Source of the DNA: Trichoplax adhaerens
Taxonomy: Eukaryota; Animalia; Placozoa
DNA: 64,000 nt
Assembly (NCBI RefSeq): GCF_000150275.1
Contig: NW_002060948.1
Coordinates: 5,006,336 to 5,070,335, forward strand
Direction: 5' to 3'
The translations under genes were made by a program, and so were the position numbers. Below the pieces are notes generated by a model. It was not told the origin of the DNA and did no database searches. It worked only from the letters and a program-made list of their open reading frames with translations. Positions 26,541-39,358 of this stretch are shown piece by piece (position 1 is the first letter of the stretch; each line of letters starts with the position of its first letter).

Positions 26541-27908
26541 TTCCTTCCAATTTTCAATGTGGCGGCTACCTCGGACACGTTGGATGGGGGCCAATTTGCG
26601 ACTTTCTTGGACGCTTGACGCCTTCGGTCGACTCACTGTACAGTAGTTGACCTGCAGTCACCTGGTACAGTACAGTCTGAAGCGATCCATTGTTCTGTCA
26701 GTGGAGTGACTCACCTTGCAGTCAGTGTCTCAGTGACTGCTGTACGGTACAGTACAGTACTGTACAGTACAGTAAGACTAAGACTACAGTACAGTATTCG
26801 TTTTGATACTGTACTGTAGACTGTACAGTACAGTGTGCAAGCAGTACTGTAGGGAAATGAAGCTACCAAGCAGAGTATGAAGCAGAGTACATCTCACCTG
26901 CACTGAGTATGAAAGCAGGGGACTACGGTAGTACTGAGTGCACTCAGTACCCTCGGATGGATGGACATTTCAGGCTTTTACAGTATTCGCTTTCATACTG
27001 TACACTGTACAGTATGAAAGCAGTACTGTAGGGAAATGAAGCTACCAAGCAGAGTATGAAGCAGGGTACACCTCACCTGCACTGAGTATGAAAGCAGGGG
27101 ACTAAGGTAGTACTGAGTGCACTCAGTACCCTCGGATGGATGGACATTTCAGGCTTGTACAGTATTCGCTTTCATACTGTACACTGTACAGTATGAAAGC
27201 AGTACTGTAGGGAAATGAAGCTACCAAGCAGAGTATGAAGTAGGGTACACCTCACCTGCACTGAGTATGAAAGCAGGGGACTACGGTAGTACTGAGTGCA
27301 CTCAGTACCCTCGGATGGATGGACATTTCAGGCTTGTACGGTATTCGCTTTCATACTGTACTGTACACTGTACTGTACAGTATGGAAGCAGTACAGTACT
27401 GTGTACTGTAGGGAAATGAAGCTACCAAGCAGAGTATGAAGCAGACTACACCTCACCTGCACGGAGTATGAAAGCAGGGTACTACGGTAGCCATTAAGCC
27501 ATGTACAGTACTGTACTGAGTGCACTCAGTACCCTCGGATGGATGGACATTTCAGGCTGGTTCCAACCACTTTCGTAGTATTGCACGGATGGACATTTTA
27601 GCTTGACAGCGTCAAAATACTGTTCTAAACGCTTGTGCTCGTTACTACTTCAGTATGGAGATTCTTCATTCTGTTGTGGACGGTATGCATGATCGGAGAT
27701 TGGCATATGGTAGAGGACTACCCCCCCCACCCCAAGTCGGCTGATGTATCAATGACCACAGCATTCACGGTCTATCCTCAATATTGAGTTATTCTGGACC
27801 TTGGAGCTACTACAGCTGCGGATTGTGCCAATTGGATCCAAACATTAATATTCCAACTCATTTCCTTCTCTATATTTTTCCATCGATGACGTTGAAAGAT
27901 AGGAAGAC
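26541..27908. promoter_or_regulatory. Putative bidirectional promoter between divergent RPB4 and fumarate hydratase genes
   Basis: ATGs point apart, ~1.37 kb separation; dense tacag/ctgta tracts and a tandem array fill the interval. Confidence 0.65.
26791..27558. repeat. Tandem repeat, ~179 bp unit, 4 copies, with internal palindromes
   Basis: Units start ~26792, 26981, 27160, 27339; contain gctttcatactgtaca-c-tgtacagtatgaaagc (16-bp arms) and the 20-bp palindrome gtactgagtgcactcagtac. Confidence 0.95.
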
Positions 27909-30900
27909 ATGCTAGCCAAGACGTATCGACAATTAATATCCCATCGTATCCCTTGTAGAACATGGAAAATCAATGCTAGACTAGCCAGCAATACTAGTGC
28001 AAAAGCAGCTGCATCAGCTGCTGCTGCACCTGGTACTACTTTTCATTACGAAGATATCATGTCTCAAACTGGCCCTTTAGATATTCGTTATAAGAAATTG
28101 ACCAATGACTATGTCTCAACTTTTCAAGTCAATGGTAAAGAATGCTTAAAAATTGATAATCAAGCCTTACGATTACTTTCTTCTACCGCAATGGTAGATA
28201 TTGCTCATCTTCTCAGACCTTCCCATTTGCAGCAGTTGCGTAAAATATTAGATGATCCTGAAGCTTCTTCAAATGACACATTTGTTGCTTTGGAATTACT
28301 CAAGGTTATCCATCAAAATAGCCAATAACCTAGCATCACTACGACCATGCTAACAAAATAAAAGCAGTAGGATAAAGATGAATCTTAAGAATGTTACTTT
28401 TTCATTGATTCAGTATACTTTCCTAGCATTCTACCAATCTTTTCGTTGTAGTACTATTTCTACCTACAGTACTACTGTATGAACAAGATTGCGTACAGTA
28501 GACAAGTACATTTCTCTTCCAGTCTTGCAAATGAATCTGCTGTATCAACTTTTCATATAATACGTTTGTTAAATACTAGTATTAATACTGGATCTACTGT
28601 AGTATCATGTGAACGATAAATAACTACAGACTAACCTAATAATGAAAACATAGCATGTACCAATAAACGCGTTCTGAATGTCATGTTATCTGTAGAATGC
28701 TAATATAGCTGCCGGAATGATATTGCCTGGTTGTCAAGATACTGGAACTGCAATAGTGATTGGTAAGAAAGGCCAGTATGTCTGGACAGAAGGCAAAGAT
28801 GAAGAAGCTCTATCTCAAGGCATTTATGATGCCTACACTACCAAAAATCTCCGTTACTCACAAGTATATAGTCCAATGACGAATAAGCTATCTCATTCTA
28901 TATTTGAATATAGGCTGTTGTTGCTATTGTTATCACTTTTCTAATATGTACACATATACTCATCAAGCGATGCCTAACTGATTTATGCGATTAGAAGAAC
29001 TAACAACCTTTCACTCTGCGATTACTTAGGTTGCCCCTTTGGATATGTTTACAGAAAAAAATACTGGCAATAACCTACCAGCACAAATTGAACTCTATGC
29101 TACAAACTCCAATCAATACGACTTTCTTTTTCTTGCAAAAGGAGGTGGCTCTGCCAATAAGACATTTCTATATCAAGAAACAAAGGCCTTGTTAAACCCT
29201 GAAAGGCTTACCCAATTCATAGGTAAAGTATACCTTGAGGGTTACTATTGGTCAATAATTCATTAAAGTAGTACCAAGAACAGTCTCAACTTTGTAACCT
29301 TTCCAAATTATTGAATTAATTAGTGAATCCCTGACACTTTTCTGTATTGTAGAATATATTTATAAGCTATGGTTTAACTGCAGGTAATGCATTGCCATGA
29401 ATACTATACAGAATGACTATAAAATAGATCACCATATACTGTACATCATTAAATCATCTATTGAAAAATTATACGTAATTAATACATCATACAATATACG
29501 GTTGATCCTGGCAGTTAAACTGCTTCTTCACAAGATGTAAATTATAATACTTGTATGAATAAGGCTGTGTAATATTTGAACGTGATATAATAAATGATTG
29601 GGATTACCTGGGCTTGTGAAATATCACCATTTTTAGATAGAATACACGACAGTATAAAACGTCATGATGAATATCATATCAACCTTTTCATGAAAGCAGA
29701 TTATCCTTATGCACAGACAGCTTGACTGGTGTATGAATAACTTAGTAAATAAAAGACACGGATACACTATACATATTGAATTATTGATATCGTATCTTCC
29801 AATAGATGAGAAAATCAAAACTATTGGTACCGCTGCTTGCCCTCCGTATCATTTAGCCATTGTTATCGGTGGACTATCTGCTGAAATGACCCTGAAGACA
29901 GTTAAATTAGCTTCATGTCGCTACCTGGACAACTTGCCAACAAAAGGTATCATTAATGACTCGGTAGGATGAAGTTAATAATTAGAATAGCAATTGCTAC
30001 GTGTTAACAGCCCTTATGATATGTTTCATTACGTTGGTAGGAAACGAATATGGACATGCATTCCGTGATATCGAATTAGAGGAAAAAGTTCATCAACTAA
30101 GTCGCAGTACTGGAATTGGTGCACAATTTGGGGGCAAATACTTCTGCCATGATGTTCGTATCATTCGCTTACCCCGACATGGCGCCTCATGTCCTGTCGG
30201 AATTGGAGTGTCTTGCTCAGCAGATAGACAGGTTAACACCTCAAACGGTCACTTTATTATTCAATTTGATATTAATTTTAGTTCATTTCTTTTATTTCCA
30301 TTTCGGTAACGAAAAGATTATTGGTAAGATTACCCAAGACGGTGTGTTCTTAGAACAAATGGAAACTAACCCTGCCCAATATTTGCCCGATGTTACAGAA
30401 GATTCACTTAGCGGGGATGTCATTAGTGTAAGTAAAATGATAAGTAGATCACACATAATTAATATATCTGCTAACGATATTCAAATTGATTGCCGGATAA
30501 CAGATTGATCTAAATCAACCCATGGAAAGTATCCTACAATTACTTTCTGATTACCCTATTAAAACACGAGTATCGCTCTCTGGCACTTTAGTCGTTGCTC
30601 GTGATATTGCTCATGCTAAACTTAAGGAACGATTGGATAAAGGCGATGGATTACCACAATATATTAAAGATCATCCCGTTTACTATGCCGGTCCAGCCAA
30701 AACACCCGAGGTTGGTATTTGGTAGTATTGATAGAATCGAACTATTACACGAAGCTATATAAGAGAGTCGAACTACTCTATTCATTTCTTCTATTTAGGG
30801 TTACGCTTCTGGATCCTTTGGCCCAACTACTGCTGGTAGAATGGACTCTTACGTAGATCAATTCCAAGCCAATGGAGGTAGTATGATCATGTTAGCGAAG

Positions 30901-31134
30901 GGTAACAGAAGTAGGCAAGTCACCAAATCTTGTAAAAAGCATGGTGGATTCTACTTGGGCTCAATCGGTGGACCGGCTGCTATTTTGGCCAAAAATTGTA
31001 TTAAAAAGGTTGAAGTACTTGAATATCCTGAGCTTGGTATGGAAGCTATTTGGAAAGTTCAAGTAGAAAATTTTCCAGCCTTTATTGTAATCGACAATAA
31101 GGGCAATGATTTTTTTAAGCAATGGCAACAATAG
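27909..31134 (+). CDS. Class I (Fe-S) fumarate hydratase with probable mitochondrial presequence, 8 exons (27909-28304, 28696-28863, 29030-29222, 29806-29946, 30041-30231, 30317-30427, 30504-30710, 30799-31134)
   Basis: FumA/FumB-type motifs [106 protein letters not shown]-terminus is Arg/Lys-rich with no acidic residues. Confidence 0.96.
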
Positions 31135-31714
31135 TAGTAATGTAACGTTTGAAGTAACCATTGATTACAAAAACGCTAAGAATTCTAAAACCAATTTTAA
31201 TGAAAAATATATACGCGAAATTATGACGCAAGAAATAAAGTTTTTACAAAGACTTTGCTTAAGGAAACTATGTTGTACAGTTTTCACTCTTGTTTGATTG
31301 AGCCACATGACTTTGCAATTTATGCATATCAAATGGCACACTCATAGCATATGTTTACTCAGAAACTTTTCGTGTTATGGATATACGAGTATTCATACGC
31401 TGAAGTATGCTTCGATATGACGTCCGAAAAATTGATGTTCAATGGTAAATGCACGAGTATCGCACCCACTTCCATTAAGCAATCGGTTCTTTTACAAATC
31501 ATAACCTCATAACATTAGGCACAAATATAGTAACAGTCAGAATCCAATGCAGTAGCCGAATTCATACTGCAACACAAAATGGATAATATTATAATAAAAA
31601 ATGGAACAGAACTAATCTTACACAAGCGGCAATTTTACTATAAGAAGCTTGCAACGGAAAAAGCAACTGGATAAAAGACATTCTAAGTACGTCGTGATAT
31701 AACTAAAGCAATAA

Positions 31715-34700
31715 TCATAGTCTTTTGTACAGGTAAAGGTAAGCAAGTCCCTTGGGTGGTACTTCGGAAATTGCAACTTTCCTATCATTGAAAATTACCC
31801 ACCTAAGTGAGCAAATATAACAGAATACTGCTTAGTTCACATCGGCAGTGATAATGCTTACAGGCTACTATCGTAACATACCTGCCGTCTTTAAGAATAT
31901 GGCAAACATAGTGGCCACAAAATGTATTAGAACCCATGTGGCTGATAAATGCAACTAGTCGATATCCTAAATAAAATTAAATCAATTGTCAATGGAATTA
32001 CTCACTCTGCTATTCTAAAATAGTAGCACCATCTAAAAAACTTCAAAATCATTCGAAGTTCATAATATTGGATAAGATGCAGCTTATATATAGCAAAAAA
32101 TTAGGATAATATCTTTCCGGCTTTTTTAGAATTTTACATTGTTTTCAAATCTGCTGTACGGTGATGGTGATCTATCAACTAATTTGGCTATCGAACTAAC
32201 GTGTTCCGCCATCTCTAACTTTCGACTTAGATTCAGTCTCATCTTGAGTATTTTCGTCGGTATCCATACTATCGAGGTCGTCAACATGACTAAATATCCA
32301 ATCAACTGCTCTTTCAACGCTGTTATCCTATTTATTAAAAATACTACTTGTTACTATAGTTATGGCTATTATGATATACACTTTACAGGGTATTTCGAAA
32401 TAGAAAATGAAAAGAATTGACAACCGTGGCTTTAAGGGCTTTATTAGCTTGTTCCTGAGTAAAACCCATCGATATAATTGTTGCAATGCCATTTTCATCA
32501 GCTACAAAGGTTGTCTTTTTTGAAGTATTAGATTTTAGGACCAAGGGATCAGCAAAGTCTAAATTGTGGAAAAATTTTTAGAAGCTATATCGTTCCGTTA
32601 TCATAGATACTAAAGACACAAACCGGGGTCACCCATGTGATCCATAACCCAAGACATAGCTGCTTCGACACCTAAGTACAGAACATGAAAGAAGATAAAT
32701 TCAAAGATATCGATTAATAATATTATTTACGATAGCTCATTTACCACTGTTATTTGTATAGTAAACAGCTTTTCGGCATCCCTCAAAAGCGAAGCCCATT
32801 TCACTTAATTGTCTGACAACACCAACATCAATTGCTGGCTCCTCTTGAGCTGCATAAAATGATACGCATTGTGATGTTAGCAAGCGAAATCCATAGAGAC
32901 ATTTACCAAATACTGTCATGATTAAATTTACCCGCTTGTTCCTGAATAGGTTCTGGGAGAAGCTCTTCCGTAGCTTTCAATCCTGTCCCTCTATATTCGG
33001 CTAAGTCTAGTTCGTCGGCGACATCAATGATTACATCTGCAAATAAAATTAATTTCTCTAATGAAATGCCCACTATTTAAGAACTCGCATAAGTATCGGA
33101 ACATCAGCTAATGGTTTTATGACAAATTTACCAAGTTTTTTAGGCACCCAATCTTCCCCAACAGTGAATTTCTTCATTTGAATAAACAAATAATCTGGGA
33201 ATGATTTTATCTTCGCAGTCCTAAATTGCAACATCATTTACAATAATTATAATGAATCAATAGATCTTCCACTGTATTTGCAATTGAATCAGTTAATGCA
33301 GTATTGAGTAGTAGAAATACTGTACTTCACTTCTAAAATCGTAAAATATATAATTACTTTGAAGCAGTTGATTTCTCTCCTAAGGCTGTGCTAAAAAAAT
33401 CTGATATTAATTCAGGCTCAGCAAATGCATTGAAGCAAGATATAAGTGGAACTATTGGGCGAACAGCATCTTTGTCTTGCCTAAGAGATAAGTAAACGTT
33501 AACTATCCGTAAATAAATGAATCCATGTTTGTAATAAAGGATTAAACTACATTTTTTCTCCTCGAGCTTCAGCCTCCTTTCGTTTCGCCTGATAATCCAA
33601 GAATTCCTCTGTTTGAATTAAACGATAATTTACACAAAGAAATAAAGATTATTTTAGGTACTTATACTATATTATAAAAATAACCACACATTAGCTAGTA
33701 GTCGCTATTTACTAACTGAAAGATCCAATAGAAGATACTTACGCATATTAGTTGCACTATCTTGAGGAATTGGCAAGCTTAAAACGTATTCAGTTCGCGA
33801 TGTATACTTTACTTTATTACTTTTAGTGCACTGTATTCTCTCTTCAATCTAATAAAAGGACATACGAAAATTAATAACTTAGATACAAATAATCGAAAGG
33901 ACTTAATTTTGTTTAACCTCAAATCTTAAGCTGTCGTTCGGATTTCTGCTGCTTTTCAATTTATGCTAAATAAAATTTGTCTCTTTAAGAATCATATCCG
34001 AAAAAATATAAATTACAAGAAAAGAACATAGTAAATACCTCATCCTTGTCAATGGTATTTATTAAGTGCAGCAGATATTCGGATGCATCCTGGATACCAT
34101 AATAATAAATTAAACATATTCTAGAATCCATCTTTGTTAACGCAAGTAATGCGAAAAGGATTTAGCTATAAAATGCAATCAAACGCCTGGTAATGCGATC
34201 AACCTGTTGCATTGCCGTAGAAAATTCACTATGCCCAGCACCAATTAAATTTTTAAAAATTATAGGAGTAACCCCATATTGTTCTTCACTACCATCAGTA
34301 TCGGATGGAATAGAGTAACAGCCTGATAATAATCCATGACCAAATTTCGCCCTAAAATTTAGTAAAGAATCAATCCTGTTACGTTTTCATATATCGAAAC
34401 CTTCATATAAAATACTGCATTATAATAAAAATGAGGTATATACATTTGTGCTTCCAAATTAGTCGGAATATTATGAGGATCGATCTTTTCAAATATATCA
34501 TTAATTCTTTCATAATACCTGCAAAAAGGCGTTTAATCCACCGTACAGATTATAGCAAAGAATTTGTAAGTTTTGAAGAAATTACAGCAACAGCATTGTA
34601 CTTCAAAGATACGTTAATTTACCTCGCTTGAAAATCCGGTATGGAAAATACTACTTGCATTACACTATTAAGGTAACAACTAAAACAGTAGGATTACGTA

Positions 34701-37700
34701 TATTTCAGTAAGAAGCATATAATATCCCAAATAATTTTAAAAATTGTTTAGTGTACGTAGGAGAATTAACGTCTAGGTACCTATTGCCGAGATTTTTAAT
34801 CCCTGTATAACCAGGACCAGAAAGAGGCTGCAGTTGACGTCCAGATTCCTTTAAGCAAAGGTATAGGTAACAAGTTATAAATCAAGGAACTTTGCAATTA
34901 TAATCCATCTTTGGGTGGCATTTGACTTAGTTAATGATGTAATGTGATGATTATATTTTGATACCTGAATCACGTCCCACTCTTGTAATTTCATGTTGGC
35001 ATCAATTTCTAATTCTGCCATTGTCTTCTCAGTCTAGAAAAAAATTAAACTTTGTAATCATGGCTACCATGACAGTTGGCAATTTGATAATGTTACGGAA
35101 AATTGTAAACAGGTAATACAAGTAGTACCAAGAGTTACTTAAGCTGTGCTCCTCTCATTCAAATCCTTTGAAAAAGACAACGCCGTGTGATAATACGTAT
35201 TTAAAATAATTACCTTCTGCATTGATGTTATGTTGATTCCAAAATGTTCTAAATGTTTCGTTAAATAAGGGTCTAACACCATATCGTCTTCGGCGTATGA
35301 ATAAACATCTACGAAATGTTATAGACTAAATGTTATACTACTATCAATCGCCAATACATGTGTTCTTATTATAAGAAAAGATTTAGAAGAATATTAAAAT
35401 AACCGGCTCCATCCACAGTAATAGTTCCGAGTTTAACGCATAAAGGATACTTTGTTTTCTCATAATGTTCCACAGCATGTCCATTACCGCCACTCCCATC
35501 GAAATATTTACGTCCACATAATATACTTCCATCCGTTAAATTTAACCATAAATTCTTCTCAAGGCCGCATACATCGCATTTCCAACCGCTGATGTAAGAA
35601 GTATTGAAAGTATTACATGACTTTGCTTAAGTAATCTACCTATCAAGTGATTACAACTGCTCTAAAATACCTAGGAGGTATTCTTCTCGGATCACTATGT
35701 TGGACCAAATTTTCAGCATATCTGGCAAAGTTTTTTCATATAAACTTGTTATCATGTGAACATAAAATCTCATGCAATCTAATAGTTAGATAACCTACAT
35801 GCTAGTTTTTCTTTCTTCACCATCCCATGACTGAATCTGATTAGTAAGAGATGCTGATTCGACACTTAAAATACCAATGATACAGAACTGAATCTAAAAT
35901 ATAAAAAAATCGCACAATATTATAACTCTTACTATTCTAAATTATTATAATTGATATAAAAATAAGGAAGTACTGACTTTTTCAGGCAAATTGTTATTAG
36001 GCAAGGAAATAACGGTAAATTCCGGAAGTAGAACGATACTATTTATTTCTTCGTAATCCACCTGCTGCGTGTAAGGATAAAGATAAGAAACTGTTTGAAG
36101 ACGTTCGCTATACAGATTGCTCGTTAATCTTACTTACACTTTTACCCACAAGTCCAATATTAATTTACATGGAATAAGTATAGCATATGCCTTCCTTACC
36201 TTTACATTTATATCAAAACCACCTTCGACACCTATTTTTAATCGAAATTGAATAACAAAAATTACAATAGTATTTAGAGCAAGAAAAGCTTCATTGATGG
36301 TGTTATCTATGCCTTGTATGTATACCGATAGCAAGTCTTATTGGTTTCTTTTTAGGAGGACTTTCAATTTCATCACCAGATTCAGCATCATTTAAAGGCT
36401 GTCGAATGGAAATGAATTATAAAATCAGCTTACAATTCAAAGACTTTAAATTGTCGAATGTGATGCAGTATGTCATTGCGTAAACCATTACCTTGGCCAC
36501 TTTCTTTAAATGTAGAAATATGTTATGGCCAGTTTTCTTAAAATATCTTTCAACGTAGTTTCTTCCAAATGATAAAAAATTGGACATGCATACGTACAAA
36601 CCACCATCGCTAACCTTTTAATTGATTATAAATAGATGAATACCGTTAGACGAGTATATCAAGGAAATCTTTTATTAATATTTTAACATTATGTCGAGCA
36701 GCCCATTTATTGATGGCGGTAGGGCTGTAATGTAACTCGATAACAAGCAATAATAACAATTAGCGTCAATTTAACATTAGTTGTTTACTAGCATCACGCA
36801 TGTATGGAAGCTGGATAAGAAAATGTGTATCCTACGATCTGCGAAAACTCTTTCAATTTACGACTAGGCCATAAGGGCAATCGTGATGACATGGCTGTCA
36901 TCTTAAGGTTTACATGCTAACAAATTTACAGTCAGTACTGTATTTAACTCAGCGACTCGTTCTGTTTAGTCTGAGAATGGATGATGGCGCCATGTACAGT
37001 ACAGTAATTCATCATCAAATGGAGCTCTTTCGTCAACTATCCACAGTATATGTAATAAGTAAATCTACTGTAAATATATATTCATAGACTAGTGAAGGTT
37101 GCTGAGCGTAACAACTGGACAATTCATCATCAAATGGAGCTCTTTCGTCAACTATCTACAGTATAAGTAATAAGTAAATCTACTGTAAATATATATTCAT
37201 AGACTAGTGAAGGTTGCTGAGCGTAACAACTGGACAAGCCCGTCTATTAGGAATTACAACTTTACGGCAAAGTATTTATGGATCCAGCGAACGATCATTA
37301 TCATTCAACAATGTAGCCATTGAGTAAAAATAAACTGTACGACTAATTGTAAATTGTATTGTATGAATTATATCAACAAATGATCAAGGCATTTCTGCTC
37401 CATAGTAACAGTCGCGACATCAACTTTTGGTGTTATCCATGCAGTCTTCCTTGATTATTTATTAAGATAGGAATATGAGTAACTGAAATAGCGACTATTT
37501 ACGTCCGTTAGAGTATTGGAAATGAGTTTTTAGCATGATTACAGTTGAAAATTGAAATGCTCGTATGAACGCCTCTTCAGTATAAAGTATACCGATTGCT
37601 ATAGCTACGTCCACCTTGATTGGAGCTGCATGCCAAGTGAATATCGGTTCAATTCAATTTTTGCCCTGAAAAGATGTCATTGAAATGCTCCCTCTCACTG

Positions 37701-38264
37701 TAGTAACAAGATTGACGTTGGAGAGTCTACCTTGTTACCATGACCTAATCATGTCGGTTACATTTATCCATCCTTGAAGAGCACGTAAATTTGATTACTC
37801 ATAATCGACAGGCAAATACACGTCCACGACAACACAGTTCCTACATAGGTATTTTTGCACCGAATATCTTCTTCTTAGAGTCTCATAGTTGATGAATGAT
37901 TGTATTGATATGAAATTGATCGAGCAAGATATCGTTCATGATGTATCTCAGTCCTGGTTCTATTCTAATCTAGCCTAATCCATGATTTACAAATATAGGC
38001 CTTCCAATGATAGTACTACTGACGGAATAATCTATCCAAAAAGATGCAAAATGTTTGCTTTGTCATGGTGGTGAACAATACGAGAGTATCTTAAGGAGCT
38101 GATGCTAGCCAGGCTGTTTGATTGCTTGTATCACCATGAATTTTTTTCCTCTTAAAGAAACTTACCGGAGTATCAAACGAATAACAACATTCAGCCTTAT
38201 AGACTTTATCCATGGCAGTTGGTATACGTATACGATCAAGATAAGCATCCAGTGAGACCGCCAT
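31715..38264 (-). CDS. USP5: Ubiquitin carboxyl-terminal hydrolase 5/13 (isopeptidase T), multi-exon
   Basis: [33 protein letters not shown]; ZnF-UBP ([35 protein letters not shown]); Cys box [20 protein letters not shown]; QQDA; two UBA domains; His box [18 protein letters not shown]; ends AYLYLYKRL*. Probably the single USP5/USP13 ancestor-type gene. Confidence 0.93.
37006..37237. repeat. Near-perfect 115 bp tandem duplication in USP5 intron 1
   Basis: aattcatcatcaaatggagctc...gagcgtaacaactggac at 37006 and 37121. Confidence 0.92.
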
Positions 38265-38946
38265 TTTTTTCCTCGATTTCTTGTTGCAGTCTCAATGAAA
38301 ATCGTCGACTGTCCAGTCAAAGTCAATGAACCAATGGATTACACGTCCGTCAACAGAGGCTGCGTGTTGAAGGTGTCGACCTGTCTTGGGTCCTCCTGCT
38401 CTAGGGGTTGGCAGACCTGGTCTAGTTCGCATGCCTTTGACCAGTGTACTCCACTGTGACCGATACGGTACGGTATGGTATAGGCCGGCTGTTGAATGCA
38501 ACGGCTGATGGCTGTCCGTCGCGTCTGATGCTCATTCTTGTACAATGTACAATGTACAATTGTGGAACAAGACCGGTAATGGGGTCTGGCATGACTAGAC
38601 TCAAGAATGCAAAGCCTACAAAATGTTGTTACCCTGGACTACTCCACTTCAATTTGAACTCAAACTATCTCTTAAAGTTCTACCACCTTTTAAGCTGACA
38701 AAAAATCCAAACTGAAATTTCCCCAAAGTATAAGTAGTCGACCCCGCGCGGGTTCGTTCTACTTTACTTGGCGTGCTATACTTGATTACTTTCCACTTTA
38801 CACGCATTTAGACTGTATACTATCTCACTTACAGTAGCATACGGTAATATTATTTGCATATGCAGAATTATAGTCGACCACTAGGAAAAAGACCGGTAGT
38901 TGGTCCATAGCGAGAGAAGGCAAAGCAAACAAAATGTTGTTACCCT

Positions 38947-39037
38947 TGCTTGACAGGTCTACGACAAATGGTAATACTATCTGTTAAATGAGCACATTAT
39001 CGTAAACCGTCAGCAAAGCGACGGGAGTTTGCACTAG
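38947..39037 (+). mobile_element. Helitron-like 3'-terminal fragment, copy 1
   Basis: Hairpin ccgtc-agcaaagc-gacgg, 9 nt spacer, terminal CTAG followed by T; last 56 bp identical to 56650-56705. Confidence 0.6.
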
Positions 39038-39267
39038 TTTCCCCAAAGTATAACTAGTCGACCCCGCGCAGGTTCGTTATAATTGGCGTGCTATACTTGA
39101 TTACTTTCCACTTTACACGCATTTAGACTGTACACTGTCGCACTTATGGTAGCATAATATTATTTGCATATGACTTGAATATGCAGAATTATAGTCGACC
39201 ACCAGGAAAAAGACCGGTAGTTGGTCCATAGCGAGAGAAGGCAAAGCAAACAAAATGTTGTTACCCT

Positions 39268-39358
39268 TGCTTGACAGGTCTACGACAAATGGTAATACTA
39301 TCTGTTAAATGAGCACATTATCGTAAACCGTCAGCAAAGCGACGGGAGTTTGCACTAG
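39268..39358 (+). mobile_element. Helitron-like 3'-terminal fragment, copy 2
   Basis: Identical to 38947-39037. Confidence 0.6.

Noticed and set aside
27909-31134. Bacterial contamination or very recent transfer as the source of the class I fumarase
   Set aside because: Seven GT-AG introns, a targeting presequence and flanking eukaryotic genes.
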